Shown here in pieces: positions 38,301 to 51,300 of a DNA stretch of 64,000 nucleotides. The DNA lies in assembly GCA_951406725.2 (NCBI GenBank), contig OX597815.1:123070001-123134000 (forward strand), written 5' to 3'. The translations under genes and the position numbers were made by a program. Each line of letters begins with the position of its first letter. The stretch's first letter is position 1. The notes under the pieces were generated by a model. The model was given only the letters and a program-made list of their open reading frames with translations. It did not search any database and had not been told where the DNA came from. This DNA comes from Octopus vulgaris (Eukaryota).

Positions 38301-39347
38301 TAATGGTCACAAATGGGAGACTGTGTCGTTTACCAACTTCATAATCATTGTGATCATGGGCTGGTGTGATTTTTACAGCACCTGAAGGGATGTATATATC
38401 GAATGATATTTCAGTATGAACCCCTATACATATCTTCTATATATGCAAAACATAACAATATTTCAGATAGTAATAAAGTTAATAAATATTACAATAAAAA
38501 CAGAAAGGAACTCATTCATTTATTTGTTTCAGTCATTAGATTGAAGCCATGTTGGGGTAATCAATCAAATCACCCACAACACTAATTTTAAGTCTGACAA
38601 CTAATCTACCAGTCGTTTTTTTGCTGGACTGTGAATGAATGAATGAATGTATGTACACACACATGCATGTATGCATGTGTGTGTGTGTGTATTAAACATA
38701 CACATGTATGGCCCTTCAAACAGTCATGTCTAGCTTAGCTAAGGCAGCCAAAGCCTTTGGCCTCACCATTAGTCTGAAGAAAACTGAAGTGCTGTTCCAG
38801 AAACCACATACCAACTACCACAAATCAGCATCAAAAGACACTCCCTCAATGCAGTGAAACACTACTCTGGGGAGTGTCATTTCTAATGAAGCAACCTGTG
38901 AAAAGGAAGTTGACAACTGCAATATCAAAGCCAATACCTCCTTAGGATGTCTACAGAAGAGTATATGGCAGAATAAATCACTGCATCTGTCCACCAGAAT
39001 CAGAGTCTACAAGACAGTTGTCATCACTATTCTCCTCTATGGGTCAGAAGCTTGGATGCTCTACAGGAAGCAGGTCAAACAGCTGGAACACTTCCACCAG
39101 AGATGCTTTCATTTCATCATGGACATCTCATGGAGAAAACATGTCACCAACAATGAATATATATACATATATAAAATAGGCTTCTTCAGTTACAATCTAC
39201 CTATTGCTCTCACAAGATACTGGTCAAACCACAACTATCATGTAGGATATTGGCCAACAACAACCATACAATGGAACTGATCCCCTGACCACAGGTCTCT
39301 GAAGCAGACTTCTTAACCACACAACCATACCTACACCTTTTACATAA

Positions 39348-39395
<48 letters not shown>

Positions 39396-42300
39396 CTGAG
39401 AATGACCAGTGAACATTTCTTACAATATATTCTAGGAATAATCATGTTATATATGAAACACAATTTCAATATAAATTATATCATCTACCAAGATTTTAGT
39501 AAATTACATATTCAAATGTAATATGCTGTCCAGTAGAATTGAGGTAATATGTTCTCAAGTCAAACAGCAACAAACTCACCTGTTCCGAACTCTCGATCAA
39601 CAAAGTCATCACATACAATTGGAAGGCGTCTTTCAAGAAATGGATGCTGGACAAATTTCCCATGAAGATGTTTGTAACGTTCATCATCAGGGTGGACAGC
39701 AACTGCTGTGTCTCCCAGCATTGTTTCAACACGTGTTGTAGCAACAATTATTTTTTCATCTATGTTCATCAGTTAAATTAAATTAAAAATCATAAATTAG
39801 AACAAAAGGAAAATTAATTCAGTAGATAGTTCAAAGCAGTATTTCTTACGGAAAGGAGTCAGAGAAATGAGGTAGACATATTTCCATGGTTAATAAAATT
39901 AGATGGTTTTGAAATCTTTTTAAAACTTGTCTAATACCATAGCAAAGAAAGAGGAATTATATAGTTGCAAAACTTTTTGTCTTCTCAATAATATAAAGGG
40001 AGAAGTGGGGGTAAAAATTTCACTATTTCTTATTTCTCATTTTGAGGCCCAGACTTATTTAAAGACATCATTATATGCAAATAGGAGTAAGATGGGGATG
40101 AGCTAATGAGAGAACCTTTATGTGGTCATTAGGCCTACAAGAAATGTCCCTCAACCATCTTAAGACAAAAAAAAGAAAGGCTACATTGGACAATGAATAC
40201 ATTTCCTAAAATGTCTGATGGTTTGAAGGTTTGTTCCTTTTTAATTGTTTTACTTAAAAAGGTGGGTTTCCCCTTTCTGTATGTGACAAATATTAAATTA
40301 ATATTTTAATTGGAAGAAAAAAAGGGAGACCAAGTAAAACCAATCATATTTTCTTCAATGTTAGGAAAGGGAAACATTCAGAACTGTAGATCCAGAGGAC
40401 TGCAAAGGCAGCTTAAAATGTCCGACTAAGACATTTAGTAAACAGAAAATAAGGCAAAATTTGTTGAATAGCAATCACATCGCTCTGCAACTTCATGCAG
40501 CCTGTCTTGCTGCCAACAACTCCAATCTTACTTAAAGGAAAACTTAATAGAGTAGGAAGGAGATAATAAAGTATAAATAAAGAAATATGCCCCAAATAGA
40601 TGTTAAATTTATCAAACAAAACAGTAATGTTCAGAACATCGTCCCTACCTGAGTCTACTACAGGATAGGCAAATGAGACAAGAACTCCAAATTCAACTTT
40701 GTCTTTATAGTTAGGTACAGCAAGGAAAGTACGTCCACTTATTTCTTTTTTATCTACCTGGAAATATATTTAAAATAAATAACACAATAAATATTCAATA
40801 AAGGAAATTGTCCATCTAATTACATGCAAATACTCCTGATGAAAAAGTAAAAAGAACATTGAATGTTTTCCCTTGTATCAATCATTACAAAGAAAAGAAA
40901 AGTTCATCTTTTGATGATTTCTGTGAAGGCAAATTTAAAATTTACCTTCATTTTATATTTTTAAATTTGGATATTTGCTTATTGTTGAAGTTTTAGATTT
41001 CAGTGAATTTCTTATTTTTAAAAGCTCAATTATTATTAAGAAGATTAACTCTAATTTTCAGTTGAGCAATAACTAAGCATTTCATCTCGGTTCTCATGCC
41101 AGGAGGCAGTATCTGTGACAAAATGAAAACAGATACAATGTAGAACATAGGGTTAGACTTAGGTCTGTCATCAGTCTTAGGACTCATAAAGGCAGAGTTT
41201 GACATGGTTTCCATGGTATATAAATGACTGAGATTACAACATTCACCACTGAATGAGACACCAGTCTGTTGCAGGGTTAGCTTCCCAGCTTTTATTCGAA
41301 CTCATTTACAACTGACTATACTGGAACAATGTGAAATGAAGCTTTCTGCTCAAGAACATAATACACGACCCAGTTCAGGAACTGAAATTACAATCTTACA
41401 ATCACAAGTGCAATACACTATCCACTAGGCCACACACTTTCGTTTTAGAACATACTTGAAGAAAAAAACATAAAATATGTTTCTATGCAACGAATGCCAA
41501 ATCTCTCCATATAGTCATCATAAGAATATGTTATTACAAAATAATTAAAAAGTAGAAATGTACCTCAATATCTGAAATAGCAGAATTCAAAGAACAAGAC
41601 CAATTTACAAGTCTGACACTGCGATAAATCAATTTCTTTTGATGCAAACGGACAAAGGCTTCAGTGACAGCACGGCACAATTTCTAGAAATAGAAAGAAA
41701 AGCAATATGATGAAACTTGAAAAAAAAAAAAGAAGAAAAAGTAAAATGTTATGTAAGTATAATATGCAACTTCAAGAACTGAATGTGTTACAAGAAACAA
41801 AAATAATACACTGAGCTCAGATACTTATTTTGAGAACTACAATGATTTGAATTGATTAACAATAAATAATCAAATTTAAGTTAAAATTTCATCATCATTG
41901 TCATCGTTTAAAGTCTGCTTTCCATGCTGGCATGGGTTGGATGGTTTGACTGAGGACTGGTGAGTCAGGAGGTTGCCTGCACCAAGCTCAATCTGATCTG
42001 GCAAAGTTTGTACAGCTTGATGCCCTTTCTAACGCCAACCACTCTGAGAGTATAGTGGGTACTTTTACATGCCACTGGCACAAGGGCCAGTCAGGCAGTT
42101 CTAGCAACGACCATGCTCCAAAGATGTTTTTTACATGCTACCTGCATGGGAGCCAATCTGTGGCCCTGGCAACAATCACACTCGGATGTGCTTTTAACTG
42201 CCAATCAGGCGGTCCTGTCATCGGCCACATCAGTGATTTTGATTTTGATTTCACTTGCCTCAACAGGTCTTTGCAAGCAAAGTTTATTGTCCAATGAATG

Positions 42301-45300
42301 AGGGGTGCTCATAAGTGGACTGGTTATACTGGCATAGGCCATGGGTTATGATTTCACTTGGATCTTCTCAAGCACAGCATATCTCCAAAGATCTTGATCA
42401 CTAGTCATTGCCTCGGTAAGGCCCAATGTTCAAAGGTCATAAGCTAATACATGATACCCACCCATTTTTGACACAATTCAGTTAGCCACTACAAAGAACA
42501 AGACAGGTTCTTTTGACAAGTCAAAATCACAACCAAGGAATTATAGAACATTTTGGTGATTTATAAGAGCTTTCATTACTTCCAGGAAGAATTTATGCTC
42601 AATTTAATTTTCACATTAAAGACAATTTTATTATTAAACAGCTCTTAGTGAAGCATAACTCTAACCATTTATAAAATATACTCACAAACACACACACTCC
42701 TCCTCCTCTTCATCATCATTATTTTAACTTATACTTTTCCATGCTTACATAAGTCAGATGGGATTCAGTGAAGCAGATTTTCTATGACTGGATACTCTAC
42801 TTGTCACTTACCCTCTGTTTCCATGCAAGATAATATTTTCCACCTTGTCTGGATATTTTTTTGCAGAAGATTGCAAACAAAGAACACTGCCTGTATGACA
42901 GAGATGTTTTGTTTACAATTAGCACATGATACCAAGACAAAGGAACATAGCCTTTTAATTCCATTATATGATATGGCCTTCAACAAAATCTTCTCTTGAA
43001 GTTCAAAATGAACACTGCTATCTTTCAGCCTCTAAATTAGATTGATAGTGAAGTTGCATTCCTAACAGTCAGATTCCAAAACATATGATTATGCATATGA
43101 CATTTCATCTTAAATCTATTGATAAAAATCCCATATAAAGCCTTACTAAATCATAAGGAAAACCATTCTTTTACTTCTTACAAACCTTTTCATAAACAAC
43201 CACTTATTTATAGAACCAGCTCCCATCATGAAAATAGCGAAATTTTTTTGCCTTTCTTTCTTTATGAGACAAAATTGAATGTGCTACTATATAATTATTC
43301 TCTCTGCATGTTCTTAATTTCTTAGAATTATGGCTCTGAATAACAGGGCATCTTAATTTCATTAATATGGCAATTTGATTGCTGCTTCTAAAATTCTCAC
43401 AGCTTCCTTTTAGGGGTATGTAGCTTCCCCTCTCACCATCACCACCACATCACAAGAAACAGTGTTGTAAGTTAAATGTTTACATACTTTACAGCCTGGT
43501 ACAGAAGGTTCAAATATTCTATATGTCTCATTTTCAATAGCCTAAAACTAGGTTATACTTTCAGTTATGTGGAAATTTGGTTATCGTTCTGATCACAAAC
43601 ATGTTTCAAGAATTAATGTCAATATCTGCTACAGACTTGATATAACCAAAAATGAATAGCAAGGCTCTTCTGAGTGATTTAGTTTTTCAATCTGAAGTAT
43701 TGATGTTATAAATAAAATATTGGCAAATATAAGAGCTTACAGGGTCCATGGTAAAACAAGCTCGGTCCCAATCCAGAGAGCTACCCAACATCCGCAGCTG
43801 GTGATAAATTCTGTCTCCTTTCCTTAAGAAAACAAAAAAAAAACATTCAAGACATATGTAAGAGTATATACATACACATATATAACATACAAATATGTGC
43901 ATACATAAACACACACAAATACAATAAATACATATAAATATACTTGAGGCACAAACAGCTACTAAAAATAAATTTGAATAGAAAGCCATTTAACCCTTTT
44001 GACACCAGCCTACCTGAGACTACCCCTAGTTCTATAATACAAGATTTTTGTTTTAAAGTGATACAAATTAAAATCTTTCATCAAAATTCTATGTTATTTT
44101 AAGTTCCAAACACCAAACGAAATTATTAATAAATTCATCATTATCATCAACAACATCATTTAATGCCCATTGTTCATGCTGGCATAGGTTGGAGAGTATG
44201 ACCAGAGCTGGCAAGCTGAGGAGCTGCACCAGACTCCAGTCTGATTTGGCATGGCTTCTACAGCTGGATGCTCTTCCTAATGCCAACCACTTTACAGGGT
44301 GTACTCGGTACTTTTACGTGGCACTTCACGGGTGCTTTTACATGATGCTACATGTGCACTTTTACGTGGCACATGGACGTTTTTACATAGCATCACATGG
44401 GCACTTTTACAGGGCTCTGCAAGGGCACTGTTATGTGACGCCACATGGGTGCTTTTACGTGGCACCACTGCAAGGGCACTTTTATGTGATGCCACATGGG
44501 TACTTTTACGTGGAACCACTGCAAGTGCTTTACACCACCAGCAGGATCAGTCTTAACACTTCTGCTGTGGGGTACCAAAATTAATTGAAACAAAAGCAAG
44601 GCATTTGAGCAGAAATATGGTATTTCTAAACAAAGCAGTAAAGACAATTTTTTGGTAACTTCAAGGCTTGTTATCACAGGGCATAATTAGTTGTAACAGA
44701 ATTGTCTGTGAGTGGAGCTAAAGAATACTATAGATTGAGCTTCATTAACCCTTTTGATGCCAATCCACCTGAACTAGCCCTTAGTTCTATGCTACAAATT
44801 CCCTTTTTTGTTGTTGATTCTAAATCAAAACTGCCATTAAAATTACATGTTAATTTATATTCCAAACAACAGTTCAATAATGACAGTTATTTTAACTTTG
44901 ATTTTTCTAAATATAGTTGGTATATTAAATAAATTAACGTATTGACTATATTTAGAGAAATCAAATATGACACATTAGAAAATGGCTTAAGTGGAGAATA
45001 GTGAAAATAATGAATTTTAATAACTAGATGCATTCTCAGATGCTTTTATGCAGTATTACTTCCATCCATTTATAAAATTAGAAACTTACTTTTACAATTT
45101 TCTTCTTTTTCTTTTGCCTAGTCTACCAACTGAGTCAAAAATGTAATGCTAACTTAAAGATGCTTCCATAAATATACATTACTGTCTTATATTACATTAT
45201 AGAATATATCTTTAACTGGTATTCTTCACAATATGTCTTCCAATTACTGAGAGAAAACACATGATGACAAAATGTTCCTTACTCATTTTTCCATTTCCAT

Positions 45301-48300
45301 ACTTCTTTTAGAAAGTTTTCTCTACCAAGTTCATGTCGAGTGATACCCTGTTCTTTAAAAATTTTCTTCTCCACCACAACTTGTGTAGCAATACCTGCAT
45401 GGTCACAACCAGGGTTCCACAGCGTTGCTTTACCGTTCATGCGATGCCTGAGAAAATTAAAAAGTAACATTGGAAATTAATCTTCAATAAGAACAAAATA
45501 AATAGCTAGTACTAATTTTATGCATGTCTTGCAACATATATCACTATAAAATGCAAAAACAGTTTAATAATAATAACGAGCTTATTGTAGACAGTGCTCA
45601 GGTACACCATAACTCATCAGGAAATATTAAAAAAGGAGACAGAAAACGGACATATAAATCCCATAAAGAAAGACAGCAATGAAAGCTAGAAGTACATGCA
45701 CACTGCCCATAATAAAACACAGTAAGATAAAAAAAAAGAGAGAGAGAGAGAGAAATATATTGACTATTTAAATAAGAGAACAAGAAATGATATTCTTAAT
45801 TTAGTATTGCTTCATAAAAGTTTACAAAAACAAACATTATCACAATCAGCAAAAATTGAGCTAGTTGCTTCATTTGCTTTATCTAGACAAAAAAATTTAA
45901 GCAACTTTTCCTTGCAGAACTGCTTCTTTTTGGATCCTGTATACTAACTCGATTTGTTTTATATTTTCTGAGTTTTGTTGGCTCAGTGATAGAACAAGAT
46001 ACATAAAGTTGGTTTTTAGTTTAAATTATTGCATGTTGTTTAGAAAACCATATACAGGATCCAAAAAGGAGCAGTTCTGCAAGAAAAAGTTGATTAAATT
46101 TTTTGTCTAAATCTGTTGGGATGAAACAAATGAAAGGTAATGTGTATTGAATAAAGAGTGAGACTAAGTGGATATAATTAACATATTTGGAAAATATATC
46201 GAAGGGAAAGCATGGTGGGGAAAGAGCAGACAAATGTGAGCAATAAGAGAATCATTGCCAAACCAGCAAACAGTTTTTTTTTAAAGTTATTGATTATGAA
46301 TGGGTGTGTTTATATTTGTGGGGTGGATACACTATTACTGATGTGTAACAGTATGGTATAGAAAATAATTAGTAATGGGATAGCAATTGATCAGAATTGA
46401 AGTATTTTTGGACTCCACGGGGTGAAAAAGGTAAAGTAAGTGTTTCATGTCCACTATTTCATTTAAAGAATGAAGAAATATGTCTTCAGATGTTCTCTGA
46501 TCAAAATAGAAACAATTAAATCAGAAACAGCAGAATACACATAAGAAATGAAATATGTAAATTTGGATTAGAATTAAGAGGAGCAGTAACAGAAAGAGGA
46601 CCTCAGATCAATGTAGAATTTCTTTAAACAATTATTTATCTGAATATGAAGATAATTTTACAAAGGAGAAACTAAATTTTGAAACAAATATTCCAGAAAC
46701 TGAAACAAAATATCAACAAACCATCTTGTTATGGTATCTTCAACAGCATTAGTTAAAGCATGGCCTAAATGAAGGGAACCAGTTACATTTGGTGGAGGAA
46801 TGACCATAATGAATTTTTCAGGTGGTGGACCTCCTTTGTTTTGAGACTGAAAAAATAACAATTAACATAAAGAATTTGCGATCTTGTGAGAATTAAGTAT
46901 TGATATTTTATTCTTTATTTCTTTTTAAAGTTAATAGTTTTAATTTTTTTTAATAGCATCAAAGATTGTGATCCAGTTACTATATACCAGTAAGTTTCAT
47001 AAAGCGGTAGTGTGACAATTAATTAAAAAAACATCTAATTCAGTACCAGTGAGTAGTCAGAGAAAAAATGGGTGAACGAGAGTTATTGCCTAAAATTAAT
47101 AATATACGTTTGGCAAGTTAATAATGTAAAGACAGAAGAGTAGATGAGAAACATATATTGTCACAGATATATACATATTTACATTCTATTAAGTTAGCAA
47201 GAACATTCCATATTATTAAAACTTATTGTTTATACAATATTATTGAAAGAATAAAGTAGCAAAAATGGTTGCAATGATGGACTAAAAACTCCCTATCTAA
47301 ACTATGCTAGCATAAAAATAAAAGTTTTTAAAATTGAAGTATAAACAACTTACTAAAGCATATTCTGGCTTGAAATAGCCACATTTAACGCACCAGTCAT
47401 ACCAAGCAGCTTCCACATACTGTGGGCTGTATGCATCTGGCATAGGACATTTGGTATCTGAATACAGAAAAAAAAAAAAATTCTAAAAATAGATGTTTTT
47501 AGACTGGAATGTTTTTCAAAGTGGGTTCCATGGAAAAAATTTGGGAGTTCTATAAAATAAGGGATCTTTTAATAAAACTGTAAAAAAAACTTATTCTATA
47601 AAAAAAAAATTCACTATTTCAAAGTAATATTATGTGAATAAATTTTTATTCCATTTAAGGTCTTACTAGATCAGTAGTGGCTGTCTGCAAAATATTGATA
47701 TGGGTTCTGTGATTTTTAGAAAATCATATAAGGATTCTTCAACAAAAAGAAATTACTATTAATGGTTTTCATTATTTCATTTGCTTAAATACATTGGTTT
47801 TCTGCTTATAGTACATAGATTGCACTGTTCTACTATGATGTTATTTCGTGGTGAACCTTAAGAGTTGCAGACTAATAATGTCTTAGTTTTTATTTAGGGT
47901 TCATTTGAGGAGTTTCAACTTCACTGGTTGGTTAGAAGTTAAAGTTTAAAAGATTAAGATTCTGTAAAATGTCTAAAGCAAATACTGCAAAGCTTGCTTT
48001 TGATGGTAGATTACTTCAATTGGGCCTTAAACAATGTTAAATTAATTTGCAAGTAAAATGCTAATAAATTCAGTTAGAAGCAAAGCCTGTTAGAATGATT
48101 AGGAAGAAATGGTTGTTACTTGATGAATGATACAAACAAAAATGCAATCTAAATTATTCTGAAATGCTATGTTAGGAAATAACAAATAAGGGTGTTGTTA
48201 ATGGATAGCTAACTGTCATCATGACCAAGCATGGCTCAGTAACCTTTACCATGCTTTTGCTAGTTGTTTTCAATGCCTATATAGTTGTGAGCAGACACAA

Positions 48301-51300
48301 ACACTTTCTCAGCACCAAGTGTGCTGCATCAGCACTCTGGCTGGTGCTCATTTACAGCTAAGTAAACTGGAGCTATCTCAAATGAAATGTCTTGCTCAAG
48401 GACACAATGCACTAACTAGTGCAAGAATTAAACATGACTTCATAATCGTGATTCGAACATCCTAACCACTAGACCACTGACCTTTACACATTCTGTTTAT
48501 AATACAGTAAGAAGTTATAGATTGGGGTTTGAATAAACAATTAAGAATTTTAAGATTAACAATATATAAAAAGAGGTGGAATAAATATAAATAAAGAACA
48601 CCATCAATTCACACTTGCCTTCTTTTAGAAGACAGACTTGTAATGGTGTTAAGCTAGATTCTTTCTAAATACTTTCATGTAACAGTTTAATTGATTTTGC
48701 TTTTTCATAATGAATATAATTCAATATAATAATCGAAAGATTTAGAAATAAATATCAATAAATATGACCTGACAATATTCAGAATTTTGTAGCTGTAAAA
48801 TATTCTGCAATAACAACACATTTATTTTTAGAAAGAAAATTGAATAAAAGCTTCCTACCTTTTTTCTCGCCCTTTGGCGTTTGAATATCATAGGTTATAA
48901 TGGCCCGGTCTTTTACCTTCTTTTCTTTTTTCTTCTATAATTAAAGAAACAAGAGATTGTGAATAAACATATGACCATCATCATCATCACCATCATTTAA
49001 TGTCCATTTTCCATGTTAGCATGGGTTGGACAGTTTGACCAGAGACCACACTAGGCTCTATTGTCTGTTCTGGCATGGTTTCTACAGCTGGGTGCCCTTC
49101 CTAATGCCAGCCACTCAATAGTGTACAGGGTGCTTTTTATACAGCACTAGCACCAGTGCTTTTAATGCGGCACCATTTAACATCCACTTTTCCATGCTGG
49201 CATGAATCACATGGAATTTGTTGAGGCAGATTTTCTATAGCCAGATACCATTCCTGTTACCAATCTACACTTGTTTCCAGGCAAAGTAATATTTCCCCAT
49301 GAGCAAGTTATCATTGGAAATGAAGGACACTTCTTTACAACTATCACATGATGTCAAGACAGGAAGACCATAACACACATACACACACACACAGAGGCAT
49401 ATTTCAGTTTCCAGCAACTAAATCCATTCACAAGGTTTTGATTGACTTGAGGCTATAGTAAAAGACACTTGCCCAAGATGTCCTGCAGCATGAAGTGAAC
49501 TTGAAACCATGTGATTGGGAAGCAAACCTCTTAGCCACACAGCCACATATACACTTGAGTTTATATTATTTTTCAGCTTTTGACCCATTTGTAAGTTCCA
49601 GGTTGCTCTTCATAAATGCAGTTTGCAACCTTTCTTGAAGTTCCATTTAATTAAAAAAGAAAAGAAAAGCCATAGATAAGATAGCAATGTGTTTACATGA
49701 TCTATGTTCAGATCAATTACCTTAACTGTTATTTTTTAAATATCCCATATATATTGGTTGACAACATATATAGTAACTAACTGGCACTAGGGAAAAACAG
49801 ATTGATAGAGAACAACACATGTGATATATATACACACACACACACACACACTAGCAATGCTTCCTGGGGTTGCCAGGGTGTTATGACTTATAGCCACACT
49901 GTATTATTTGTTCCTTTCTTATGGAAAGAATCAGCATATGAGGAGTATGAAGCAAACAACTTTTCTTTATAAAACAATGCTGCAGTTTCTGTCTACCAAA
50001 TTCAGTCAGCAATCCATGGTTGGCCTGGGGCGATAGTAGAAAACATTTGCCCAAGGTACCATGCAGAGGGACTGAACATGGAACCATATAGGTGGGAAGC
50101 AAAATTCTCAACCACACAGTCATTCTTGCACGTAATATGTGTGTGTATGTGTTTACATTTGGTGTTAAATCAAGTATTTTATCCAACTATGTCTCAAAGT
50201 TAGTTCATCAAGCAGGGACCTATAAAATAAATGCCAGATTGAAATATGTACTGAGGTCAGTATGATTGGTTTAATCATGATGACAGTCAAAAGACTAAAC
50301 CCAGTAAAAGAATGTTTAAAGACTTAATGACTTCAAATTCAAGGTAATGGATTACTAACCACAAGATAATGAGTTGAAAACTTTGTATTGAACTTCCACT
50401 CTATACGACAACATTATATATACATATCAGTCTACTTGACTTCCAACTGGAAAAGATGTTTTCCTGTGGCTAAAGGTTGAATAGTTAGCAGTAAGAAAGA
50501 TGTCTAGATTTCTTTAAAAATTATTGTGCAAAATATTCACAACAAAACACATACATACACAAAGGTGTCTCCGTGGTAACTACAAATAGCAGCCAAATCA
50601 CTCTTAAAACACACCCTTTCATCAAAAGAAAGACACAAATATACAGTATTTCAGGAAGAAAAAAAAACTATGCGATGGGTCTGTAATATCAGAGGCAACT
50701 CTGGGCTAAAACACAGACAAACATACTTCACATTAAAAGATTATCTACTAAATAATACTAATAAAGTTGACAGTATATCTTCGAAGTTTCATTCCCTGGT
50801 AAAACTCCATGTATTTTAAACATTTTCTCATTATGCTCTATCTGAGACATAAAAATTGTTCAAGCAGAGTTGCCTCCCTTAGCTAAAGACCTCAAAATTG
50901 TGCGACCTGACCACGTTTTCGAGATAATTTTTGCATAAGAAAGAGTTGTCGTGCAAAAAACATATTTTATTTGGTAGCTGAAAGGTTACTGAATCTTTTG
51001 ATACCTCCTATGTCAAAATCGGCAACTCAGTTTTCAAATCCATAAGGAACATAAGCACACACATACTGTCTTATATATATATATAATTATACCCTTCTCC
51101 TGTCATCGTCAACCCTTCCTCATAACCCCACCCCACCCACCCATTCCCACACCCCACCCTTGCTTTCCCCACACCACCATATCACACAACACCAACATGC
51201 ACACACTAGCATTGACCACTTCCCAGTCACACACCATCATCCACACACCTACACATACACATACTTCAAGGCCACCAGCACTCTTCCACACGCACATACA

